Below, one piece after another: positions 56,042-64,000 of a stretch of 64,000 bases of DNA. The stretch comes from Hyalangium minutum (GTDB taxonomy: Bacteria > Myxococcota > Myxococcia > Myxococcales > Myxococcaceae), in contig NZ_JMCB01000001.1 of assembly GCF_000737315.1 (NCBI RefSeq), positions 620,001 through 684,000 on the forward strand. The letters are read 5' to 3'. Position 1 is the stretch's first letter, and every line of letters begins with the position of its first letter. The position numbers and the translations under genes were made by a program. The notes under the pieces were generated by a model that saw nothing but the letters and a program-made list of their open reading frames with translations, was not told the DNA's origin and made no database searches.

Positions 56042-56518
56042 ATGGCTGAGACACAGGCCGCTAAGCGGCTTCGTGAGTACGAGACCATCTTCCTGGTCAA
56101 GCCCGACCTGACCGACGACAACGTGGACCGCATCAAGGAGCGCGTCCGCGGCATCGTCAGCCGGGAGGGTGGCAAGGTCATCCGCTTCACGGTGTGGGGC
56201 AAGAAGAAGACGCTCTACCCCATCGCGAAGCAGCCCCGCGCCATCTACGTGCACACCCACTACCTGGGCAGCTCCTCCCTGGTGGCCGAGGTGGAGCGCA
56301 ACCTGCGCATCCTCGACGAAGTCACCCGCTACCTGTCCGTGAAGATCGCGGACGAGATCGACCCCGAGTCCCGTCCGGTGCTCGAGGACGTGAAGATGGC
56401 GGGCGACGTGGATGACAACGCGCGTCCGGGCGCTGCCGAGCGCGACACGGGCTTCCGTGGCGTCGAGGGTGGCGACGAGGTTGGCGACGCCGAGGAGGAG
56501 GCCTCCGAGGAGGCCTAA
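56042..56518 (+). CDS. rpsF: 30S ribosomal protein S6
   Basis: REYET.FL..PD, WG.K.L.YPI.K, acidic tail. Confidence 0.95.
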   Translation: MAETQAAKRLREYETIFLVKPDLTDDNVDRIKERVRGIVSREGGKVIRFTVWGKKKTLYPIAKQPRAIYVHTHYLGSSSLVAEVERNLRILDEVTRYLSVKIADEIDPESRPVLEDVKMAGDVDDNARPGAAERDTGFRGVEGGDEVGDAEEEASEEA

Positions 56519-56569
56519 CGGCCCCCCGGTCCTTCACGAACCCTTTCGAGTTCGAGAACGAGAACGCTC

Positions 56570-56998
56570 ATGAACGGTACGGATAACAAGACGGCTTCCT
56601 CGGCGCCCTCGCGCGCTGGTGGTGGTGGCGGCGGTGGCCGCAGCTTCGGCGGTGGCGGTGGTGGCTTCGGCGGCGGTGATCGCGGCGATCGCGGTGATCG
56701 TGGCGGCCGTGACGGTGGCCGCGACGGTGGCCGCGATGATCGCGGCGGCGGCATGGATGACGACAAGCGCGGTGGCCGCGGCTTCGGCCGCAAGAAGGTG
56801 TGCCGCTTCTGCGCCGAGAAGAACGCCAAGGTGGACTTCAAGGATCAGGCGACCCTGAAGTACTTCGTCACGGAGCGCGGCAAGATCATTCCCCGCCGCA
56901 TCTCCGGCAACTGCGCGAAGCACCAGCGTGAGGTGGCGGTGGCCATCAAGCGCGCTCGGGGCCTGGCGCTCCTCCCCTACAACGCGATGGTGGGCTAG
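56570..56998 (+). CDS. rpsR: 30S ribosomal protein S18 with Gly/Arg/Asp-rich N-terminal extension
   Basis: [12 protein letters not shown]...L, ERGKI.PRRISG.C.KHQR. Confidence 0.95.
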   Translation: MNGTDNKTASSAPSRAGGGGGGGRSFGGGGGGFGGGDRGDRGDRGGRDGGRDGGRDDRGGGMDDDKRGGRGFGRKKVCRFCAEKNAKVDFKDQATLKYFVTERGKIIPRRISGNCAKHQREVAVAIKRARGLALLPYNAMVG

Positions 56999-57028
56999 CC
57001 GCCCCGCCTGGGATTTCGGAGAACGCAC

Positions 57029-57472
57029 ATGAAGGTCATTCTTCGTGAAGACATCGACGGCCTCGGCAAGTCCGGGGAGCTCGTCACCGTCAAGGACGGC
57101 TTCGGGCGCAACTTCCTGCTGCCGCGCAAGAAGGCGGTGCTGGCCAGCGAGCAGAACCTGCGCCAGCTCGAGCACGAGAAGGCGGTCATCACCGCGCGCA
57201 ACGCCAAGCTGAAGGGCGCTGCCGAGGAGACGGCCAAGAAGCTCGGCTCGCTCAAGGTCACCCTGAAGCGCAAGGTGGGCGAGCAGGACAAGCTGTTCGG
57301 CTCCGTCACGGCGCTGGACATCGCCGAGGCCCTGGCCTCTCAGGGCCAGCAGGTGGATCGCCGCGGCCTGCACCTCGCCGAGCCCATCAAGACGGTGGGC
57401 ACGCACGAGGTGGAGCTGCGCCTGCACCGTGAGGTTTCGGCCAAGATCAAGGTCGAGGTCGTCGCCGAGTAA
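57029..57472 (+). CDS. rplI: 50S ribosomal protein L9
   Basis: MKVIL...LGK.GE.V.VKDGF.RNFL.P, KLFGSVT. Confidence 0.97.
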   Translation: MKVILREDIDGLGKSGELVTVKDGFGRNFLLPRKKAVLASEQNLRQLEHEKAVITARNAKLKGAAEETAKKLGSLKVTLKRKVGEQDKLFGSVTALDIAEALASQGQQVDRRGLHLAEPIKTVGTHEVELRLHREVSAKIKVEVVAE

Positions 57473-57494
57473 CGCCTTCCCGCAAGGGAACGCC

Positions 57495-57529
57495 AGGCCG
57501 CCCGGGTCTCTCCCGGGCGGCCTTTTTTT
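57495..57529 (+). terminator. Rho-independent terminator after rplI
   Basis: aggccgcccggg-tctct-cccgggcggcct followed by T run. Confidence 0.85.
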
Positions 57530-57602
57530 ACGCCTTGTGCGGGCCCACAGGGGGGCCTTTTCACCCCTGCCCGCGCTGCTTGTAAAATGAAGAGGGAAAG
57601 CC

Positions 57603-58982
57603 ATGTCCAACGTGCTCGATGGTCGTGAAGGGCGGAAGGTCCTCGAGGATCTTGCCGCGGAGCGCGCGGTGCTCGGCGCCGTGCTGGCGGACAACACCCT
57701 CCTGACGAACGTGGCGGAGGTGGTCCACTCGGACGACTTCTCCAGTCCGCAGCATGGGGCCATCTTCGCCGCGATGCTGAAGCTCGACGGCTCGCAGCGT
57801 CCGGTGGACCACCTGACGCTCTCCGAGGAGCTGAAGGTGCTGGGGCAGCTGGCCGCGGTGGGCGGCCCGGCGTATCTGATGTCCCTGGACCAGGGCGTGC
57901 CGCTGACGCACAACGCGGTCCAGTACGCCACGATCGTCCGCGATCAGGCGTTGCGGCGCCGGCTGGCCAGCGTGGGGCGCGAGATCCTGGACATGGCCAG
58001 CCAGGACTCGGGCGATGTCGAGGTCATGCTCGACGAGTCCGAGCGCAAGCTCTTCAACCTCGCCGAGAAGCGGCGCGAGGGAGACCTCCGGGCCGTCAGC
58101 GAGCTGATGGAGCAGACGCTGGATCTGCTCGACAAGATGAAGGCCTCGTCGTCGGGCGTGACGGGCCTGTCCACTGGCTACGTGGACCTGGACATGCAGC
58201 TGACGGGTCTGCACGCCGGTGAGCTCATCATCCTCGCGGCGCGTCCTGGCATCGGCAAGACGTCGTTCGCGATGAACATCGCCACGCACGCGGCGCTGGA
58301 GGACGAGCCCAAGGCCGTTGCCATCTTCAGCCTGGAAATGCCCGCCGACCAGCTGCTGATGCGTCTGCTGGCCTCCAGTGCCCGCGTGGACATGAAGAAG
58401 CTGCGCGGCGGCCGGCTCACGCAGAATGACGAGGAAAAGTTCCAGGAGATGGCCGGCAAGCTCTACAACGCGCCCATCTACATCGACGACTCGGGCGGCC
58501 TGTCGCCGTTCGACCTGCGCGCGAAGGCGCGTCGCCTCAAGCAGAAGGACCCTCGGCTGTCGCTGATCGTGATCGACTACCTCCAGCTGATGCACCAGAA
58601 GGGCAAGGTGGAGAGCCGCCAGCTCGAGGTGTCGGAGATCTCCCGCTCGCTCAAGCAGCTTGCCAAGGAGCTGGAGGTGCCGATCATCGCGCTCAGCCAG
58701 CTCAACCGTAAGGTGGAAGAGCGCAAGGGCGGCAAGCCGATGCTCAGCGACCTCCGCGAGTCGGGCTCCATCGAGCAGGACGCCGACGTGGTGATGTTCA
58801 TCCACCGAGAGGACCAGGACGAGGGCTCACCTGACGGCGATGAGGCCGCGAAGTCCCGCACGGCCATCCCCGTGGAGCTGATCGTCGCCAAGCAGCGTAA
58901 CGGCCCGATAGGCTCGGTCGATCTCGTCTTCCTGGCGGAGTTCACACGCTTCGAGAGCCGCGCCCGAGGAGAGTTCCAGTAG
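57603..58982 (+). CDS. dnaB: Replicative DNA helicase
   Basis: AE.AVLG, AARPG.GKT, FSLEM, IDYLQL, LSQLNR, DLRESGSIEQDAD, KQRNGP. Confidence 0.97.
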   Translation: MSNVLDGREGRKVLEDLAAERAVLGAVLADNTLLTNVAEVVHSDDFSSPQHGAIFAAMLKLDGSQRPVDHLTLSEELKVLGQLAAVGGPAYLMSLDQGVPLTHNAVQYATIVRDQALRRRLASVGREILDMASQDSGDVEVMLDESERKLFNLAEKRREGDLRAVSELMEQTLDLLDKMKASSSGVTGLSTGYVDLDMQLTGLHAGELIILAARPGIGKTSFAMNIATHAALEDEPKAVAIFSLEMPADQLLMRLLASSARVDMKKLRGGRLTQNDEEKFQEMAGKLYNAPIYIDDSGGLSPFDLRAKARRLKQKDPRLSLIVIDYLQLMHQKGKVESRQLEVSEISRSLKQLAKELEVPIIALSQLNRKVEERKGGKPMLSDLRESGSIEQDADVVMFIHREDQDEGSPDGDEAAKSRTAIPVELIVAKQRNGPIGSVDLVFLAEFTRFESRARGEFQ

Positions 58983-59090
58983 TCCGCACTCGGGAACAAA
59001 GTGGGTAGCGGGCTTCCGCCCTGGCTTGTTACCAGAGGAGCGCCGGCCACGACCGCCGGTGAACCTCTCTCTCACCCAGGAAGGAAACCT

Positions 59091-59945
59091 GTGGCTCCTC
59101 ACGCTGGCACGATTTCCGGCAGCTATCTCACCACCCAGGACGGCACTCAGATCTATTTCAAGGACTGGGGCCCGAAGGATGGCCAGCCCATCGTCTTCTC
59201 TCACGGCTGGCCACTCAGCTCGGACGCCTGGGAGGACCAGATGCTGTTCTTGTCGGAACAGGGCTACCGCACCATCGCACATGACCGCCGGGGCCATGGC
59301 CGCTCGTCCCAGCCGTGGGATGGCCACACCATGGACACCTATGCCGATGATCTCGCCCAGCTCACCGCGGCGCTGAATCTCAAGAAGGCCGTCCATGTCG
59401 GGCACTCAACTGGCGGCGGCGAAGTCGCTCGGTACATCGGCCGTCATGGCACCTCGCGCATCGCCAAGGCCGTGCTGGTCGGCGCCGTGCCGCCGATCAT
59501 GCTCAAGACCGACTGGCACCCGAACGGCCTGCCCATGGAGGTCTTCGATGGAATCCGCTCGGGCGTGCGCAATGACCGCTCCTCTTTCTTCAAGGAGCTG
59601 ACCACGGCGTTCTACGGCTTCAACCGCCCGGGAGTGAAGGTGTCCGAAGGCCTGCGCGAGAGCTTCTGGCTGCAGGGCATGATGGGCTCACTGAAGGCGG
59701 AGTACGACTGCATCAAGGCCTTCTCCGAGACCGACTTCCGCGCGGACCTCGCCAAGTTCGACGTGCCGACCCTGGTGATGCACGGCGATGACGATCAGAT
59801 CGTTCCGTTCGACGGCTCGGCGAAGCTCACGGCGTCCCTGGTCAAGGGCGCGCAGTCGAAGACCTATGCGGGCTTCAGCCACGGCATGTGCTCGGTGAAC
59901 AAGGACGTCATCAACAAGGACCTGCTGGCCTTCATCAAGGGCTAG
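59091..59945 (+). CDS. Non-heme chloroperoxidase-type alpha/beta hydrolase
   Basis: [32 protein letters not shown]; AGGAAGG RBS before GTG. Confidence 0.9.
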   Translation: MAPHAGTISGSYLTTQDGTQIYFKDWGPKDGQPIVFSHGWPLSSDAWEDQMLFLSEQGYRTIAHDRRGHGRSSQPWDGHTMDTYADDLAQLTAALNLKKAVHVGHSTGGGEVARYIGRHGTSRIAKAVLVGAVPPIMLKTDWHPNGLPMEVFDGIRSGVRNDRSSFFKELTTAFYGFNRPGVKVSEGLRESFWLQGMMGSLKAEYDCIKAFSETDFRADLAKFDVPTLVMHGDDDQIVPFDGSAKLTASLVKGAQSKTYAGFSHGMCSVNKDVINKDLLAFIKG

Positions 59946-60225
59946 AGATTTTCGGTGGCTCGGGCTCGGGTCGTCCTCCCCCGTCAAGAGGGTCGAGAAC
60001 GACCTGATCCTTCGAATGGCTCCTGTGTGACAAAACACAGTGCGACATGAAACACGACGAGCGCTTCTGTTGAATGTCACAGGGGCTCCTTAACATCATT
60101 TCCATGTCGCGCTGAGCCACCCCGAGTTGGCCGCGCAGCGCGTCCTCGCGGCCCAGAGTTCAGTTCCTGCTTCTTCTCCGCGTCGGGTGGCGATGGAGGA
60201 GCTCACCCCATTGCCTGGAGCCACC

Positions 60226-63018
60226 ATGCATGACCGAAGTGCCGCACCTCGAACCCTCAACTCCAGAACCTTCATCATCGCGTCACTGCTCGCCTGCGTC
60301 TGGGTGAGTACGGAGGCATCCGCCCAGCAGTACACCCTCTTCGAGAGTGGCCAGGTCCGACCGCTCGCGCTCTCCCCCAGCGGGGATCTCCTCTTCGCCG
60401 TCAACACGCCGGACCACACGCTGGAGGTCTTCCAGGTCAACTCCAGTGGACTCAGCCGCCGCGCATCCATCCCCGTGGGCATGGAGCCGGTGGCGGTCGC
60501 GGCCCGGAGCGACACGGAGGTCTGGGTCGTCAACCACCTGTCCGACAGCGTGAGCGTCGTGCAGCTCTCCTCGAGTGGCCATGTGGGTGTCGTCACGCGC
60601 ACCCTGCTCGTCGGCGACGAGCCGCGCGACATCGTCTTCGCTGGCCCTGGGAAGACGCGCGCCTTCATCACCACCGCCCATCGCGGGCAGAACGCTCCTT
60701 ATGATCCCCAGCTCACCACGCCGGGCATCGGCCGGGCGGATGTCTGGGTCTTCGACGCCACGGCGCTGGGCTCCTCGGTCGGCGGGGATCCGCTTACCAT
60801 CCTCACCCTGTTCAGTGACACGCCGCGCGCGCTCGCGGTGACGCCCGACGGCACGCGCGTCTACGCGGCCGCGTTCCACTCGGGCAACCGCACCACGGTG
60901 CTCCACGATCTGCAGATCCCCGACGGCGGCGAGTCAGCGGGCGGCGTCCCGGGCCCCAATGCCAATGTGCAGGGCGTGCAAGCGCCCGAGGTGGGCCTCA
61001 TCGTCAAGTACAACGGCTCGCACTGGGTGGACGTGCTCAACCGCACCTGGGATAGCGCGCTGCGCTTCTCCCTGCCGGACAAGGATGTGTTCGTCATCGA
61101 TGCCACCGCCACCCCGCCGGCCCAGCTCTCTGGCAGCGCGGGCTTCTACTCCGGCGTGGGCACCATCCTGTTCAACATGGCGGTGAACCCGGTGAATGGG
61201 AAGGTGTACGTCAGCAACACCGAGGCCCGGAATGATCTGCGCTTCGAGGGCCCTGGCACCTTCGCCGGCAACACCCTGCGGGGGCACCTGCACGAGAGCC
61301 GGATCACCGTGCTGAGCTCCTCGGGTGTCGCTCCCCGGCACCTCAACAAGCACATCAACTACGCGGTCTGCTGCGCGGCGGTCCCCAACACGGAGAGCGA
61401 GAAGAGCCTCGCGCAGCCGCTCGGGATGGCGGTGACCTCCGACGGCGCCACGCTGTATGTGGCCGCTTACGGCTCCTCGAAGCTCGGCGTCTACTCCACC
61501 GCCGCGCTGGAGAACGACACCTTCGTGCCGAGCACCGCCAACCAGATCGAGCTGACCGGCGGCGGGCCCACGGGCATCGTGCTGGACGAGGCCCGCGGCC
61601 GCCTGTACACGCTGACGCGCTTCGACAACGGGGTCTCCGTCGTGAACCTGTCCACCCAGACGGAGACGGCCCACCACCTGATGCACAACCCCGAGCCCCC
61701 GAGCGTGGTGGCGGGGCGCCGGTTCCTCTACGACGCGCGCTACAGTTCGAGCCACGGAGACTCGTCCTGTGGGAGCTGCCACATCTTCGGTGACTGGGAC
61801 AGCTTGGCGTGGGATCTGGGCAATCCGGACGGGACAGTGATGACCAACCCCGGCCCCATCGCGCCTCCTGTGGTGAGCGGGTTCGGCACGGATCCCACGT
61901 TCGGCCAGAACTCCAACATCCATCCGATGAAGGGCCCCCTGACGACCCAGAGCCTGCGTGGGATGGCCAACCACGGTCCCATGCACTGGCGCGGTGACCG
62001 CTCGGCCGGTAATGACGAGCCCACCGCGCAGCCGGATGACGGCTCGTTCGATGAGGCCGCCGCCTTCGCCAAGTTCAACCCGGCCTTCATGGATCTGCTC
62101 GGGCGCAGCGCGCAGCTGACTCACGCGGAGATGGAGCAGTTCGCGGACTTCGTGCTGCAGATCACCTACCCGCCCAACCCGATCCGGAACCTGGACAACA
62201 CGCTCACGCCCACGCAGCAGGCCGGCCGGGACTTCTACTTCGCCCAGACCGTCACCCCGCAGGGAACGTGCGAGACCTGCCACAAGCTCGATCCCAACGC
62301 CAACCCCAGTGCGGGCCAGTTCAAGGGCTTCTTCGGAACGGACGGCCGCAGCTCGTTCGACCCGGTGCCCCAGTTCTTCAAGATCCCGCAGCTGCGGAAC
62401 ATGTACCAGAAGGTCGGAATGTTCGGAGCGGGCTACGACTTCTTCACCGTCCCCGCCGATTCCTTCCTGGGAGATCAAGTCCGCGGCTTCGGCTTCGGCC
62501 ATAACGGCGCCATCCCGGACATGTTCCGCTTCAACAGCAGCTTTGACCAGAACGCGGCGAACCCCGTGGGGCTCGCTAACACCCCCGCGAACGTCACGAA
62601 CAAGCGGAACGTGGAGCAGTTCATGTTCGTCTACGAAAACAACCTGGCGCCGATCGTCGGCCAGCAGGTGACGCTGACGGCCAGCAACCTGCTCGTCATG
62701 GCTCCCCGGCTGAATCTGCTGATCACACGCGCGAATGCCGGCGAGTGCGATCTGGTGGTGAGAGGCCGCCTCAACTCCCACGACGTGGGATTCCTGTACG
62801 TGGGCGGCCAGCAGTACAAGAGGGACGAAGTGGCCCTGCCCAACATCTCCGACTCGAACCTCCGTGCGTCCATCGTGACGTTCGATGCGCTGACCTTTAC
62901 CTGCTTCCCGCCTTCCACGGGCACGCGTAACGGCATCGATCACGACCTGGATGGACACCTCAACGGTGACGAGCGGACGGCGGGGACGGACCTGGCGGAC
63001 CCCAACAGCCATCCCTGA
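60226..63018 (+). CDS. Secreted YncE-like beta-propeller fused to di-heme cytochrome c (peroxidase-like)
   Basis: Signal peptide (ASA-QQ); propeller repeats VGMEP, VGDEP; CGSCH and CETCH heme motifs. Confidence 0.8.
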   Translation: MHDRSAAPRTLNSRTFIIASLLACVWVSTEASAQQYTLFESGQVRPLALSPSGDLLFAVNTPDHTLEVFQVNSSGLSRRASIPVGMEPVAVAARSDTEVWVVNHLSDSVSVVQLSSSGHVGVVTRTLLVGDEPRDIVFAGPGKTRAFITTAHRGQNAPYDPQLTTPGIGRADVWVFDATALGSSVGGDPLTILTLFSDTPRALAVTPDGTRVYAAAFHSGNRTTVLHDLQIPDGGESAGGVPGPNANVQGVQAPEVGLIVKYNGSHWVDVLNRTWDSALRFSLPDKDVFVIDATATPPAQLSGSAGFYSGVGTILFNMAVNPVNGKVYVSNTEARNDLRFEGPGTFAGNTLRGHLHESRITVLSSSGVAPRHLNKHINYAVCCAAVPNTESEKSLAQPLGMAVTSDGATLYVAAYGSSKLGVYSTAALENDTFVPSTANQIELTGGGPTGIVLDEARGRLYTLTRFDNGVSVVNLSTQTETAHHLMHNPEPPSVVAGRRFLYDARYSSSHGDSSCGSCHIFGDWDSLAWDLGNPDGTVMTNPGPIAPPVVSGFGTDPTFGQNSNIHPMKGPLTTQSLRGMANHGPMHWRGDRSAGNDEPTAQPDDGSFDEAAAFAKFNPAFMDLLGRSAQLTHAEMEQFADFVLQITYPPNPIRNLDNTLTPTQQAGRDFYFAQTVTPQGTCETCHKLDPNANPSAGQFKGFFGTDGRSSFDPVPQFFKIPQLRNMYQKVGMFGAGYDFFTVPADSFLGDQVRGFGFGHNGAIPDMFRFNSSFDQNAANPVGLANTPANVTNKRNVEQFMFVYENNLAPIVGQQVTLTASNLLVMAPRLNLLITRANAGECDLVVRGRLNSHDVGFLYVGGQQYKRDEVALPNISDSNLRASIVTFDALTFTCFPPSTGTRNGIDHDLDGHLNGDERTAGTDLADPNSHP

Positions 63019-63094
63019 TATCCCTGAGGTGAAGGGACACAGGCCCCTCCGCGCTCACTGCGGAGGGGCCTCGGGGTTCCTGAGGTGAAGCGGG

Positions 63095-63679
63095 ATGAAG
63101 GCTCGGACGGTGATGGCGAACGTGCTGGTACCGGTGGGACTCGCAGGGGGCTTCCACCTCGTGGGCATCCGGCCGTTTGCTGTCTTCTTCCTGTTCCTGC
63201 CCTACTGGGTGGCGCTGCTCCTGGGGCCGCTCGACCGGCGGCTCCACAAGTACCTGCCCCCCAGTGAGGGGGGTGGGTATCTGGCCAACCGGGGCTATGC
63301 GGTTGCCCTGCTCGCGGTGCTGCTCGGGTTCGGGTGGATCCAGGAGCGCCTCGACAAGCCGACCTTCTCGTTACTGCTCGGCGTCGCCTTCTTTGATCTC
63401 TGGCCCCTGCTGATGCTGCTGTTGATGGGCCTGCTTCGTTTCGTGAAGCCGGGCGTCTTCGGCTCCAAGGGAGAGGGCTGGCTCGCCCTGCTGGCCTTCC
63501 CAGTGCCGCTGGTGGTGGACCTCGTCATTTATGCGATGTGGATCCCGCCATCGCGCGTCCTCACCCTGCCCCTGGCAGCGGGAGCGGTGCTGACGCTCTT
63601 CATCACGTTCGCAGCGATGGCGGTGCTCGGTGAACGGATCGTCCATCAGCCTGAGCCGCCCCAGTCCCAGCCCGAGTAA
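63095..63679 (+). CDS. Integral membrane hypothetical protein
   Basis: Multiple hydrophobic segments. Confidence 0.65.
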   Translation: MKARTVMANVLVPVGLAGGFHLVGIRPFAVFFLFLPYWVALLLGPLDRRLHKYLPPSEGGGYLANRGYAVALLAVLLGFGWIQERLDKPTFSLLLGVAFFDLWPLLMLLLMGLLRFVKPGVFGSKGEGWLALLAFPVPLVVDLVIYAMWIPPSRVLTLPLAAGAVLTLFITFAAMAVLGERIVHQPEPPQSQPE

Positions 63680-63696
63680 CACGGCCAGGGGTGGGC

Positions 63697-64000
63697 CTAC
63701 CCCTTCCCCGTGCGAAGGTACTGGCTCACGTGCGCCTTGGCCCGGCGGGCAGCGGCTTCCACCGAGCGGCCTCGCCCCAGTTCCGCGGCCAGCGCCGAGG
63801 CCAACCTGCAACCCGTTCCCCGGCGCTCAGACGATCGCTGGACACGCTTGCCCGTGAGCAGCCGCGTCGTGCCCGGCGTGCACAGCACGTCCACGGCTCC
63901 GCGCTCGCGGTGGCCGCCCTTCACCAGGACCGCTCCGAAGCCACGCGCCACCAGCGTCCGCCCGGCCTCTGCGGCTTCCTCCACCGTCTCAACCGCTGGC
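63697..64000 (-). CDS. thiD: Hydroxymethylpyrimidine/phosphomethylpyrimidine kinase, 3' part (runs off window)
   Basis: AVLVKGGH, RGTGC.LASA.AA.L. Confidence 0.7.
   Translation of the reverse strand, partial: PAVETVEEAAEAGRTLVARGFGAVLVKGGHRERGAVDVLCTPGTTRLLTGKRVQRSSERRGTGCRLASALAAELGRGRSVEAAARRAKAHVSQYLRTGKG

Overview
High-GC myxobacterial chromosome segment (Cystobacter/Archangium/Stigmatella-like, inferred from gene content). Right half (~34.4-64 kb) is mostly core genome: DUF4388-type and GGDEF response regulators, dapF, a giant coiled-coil protein, nrdAB with a sigma70 promoter and tandem NrdR boxes, hpt, upp, tdk, spoVG, prs, rplY, pth, rpsF-rpsR-rplI, dnaB. Left half (1-~34.3 kb) is accessory DNA punctuated by four direct-repeat copies of a tmRNA(ssrA)-like 3' end (about 4-49, 17799-17843, 25325-25352, 29115-29142), suggesting a tandem stack of integrated elements; no integrase is visible in the window. 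The cargo includes a decayed HK97-type capsid gene followed by a lipoprotein nuclease-toxin/immunity pair, a DUF2381-like protein, an intact Ser/Thr kinase, an IS701 insertion and a pseudokinase. It also includes a second, polymorphic toxin/immunity paralog pair, large secreted repeat proteins, and a 47-bp inverted-repeat-bounded segment carrying a GMC oxidoreductase and an ART-like/J-domain fusion protein. A small lipoprotein gene is bracketed by a degenerate duplicate of the nrdB 3' end. No CRISPR array, rRNA or complete tRNA was found. Family names are from motif recognition and memory, not database searches.
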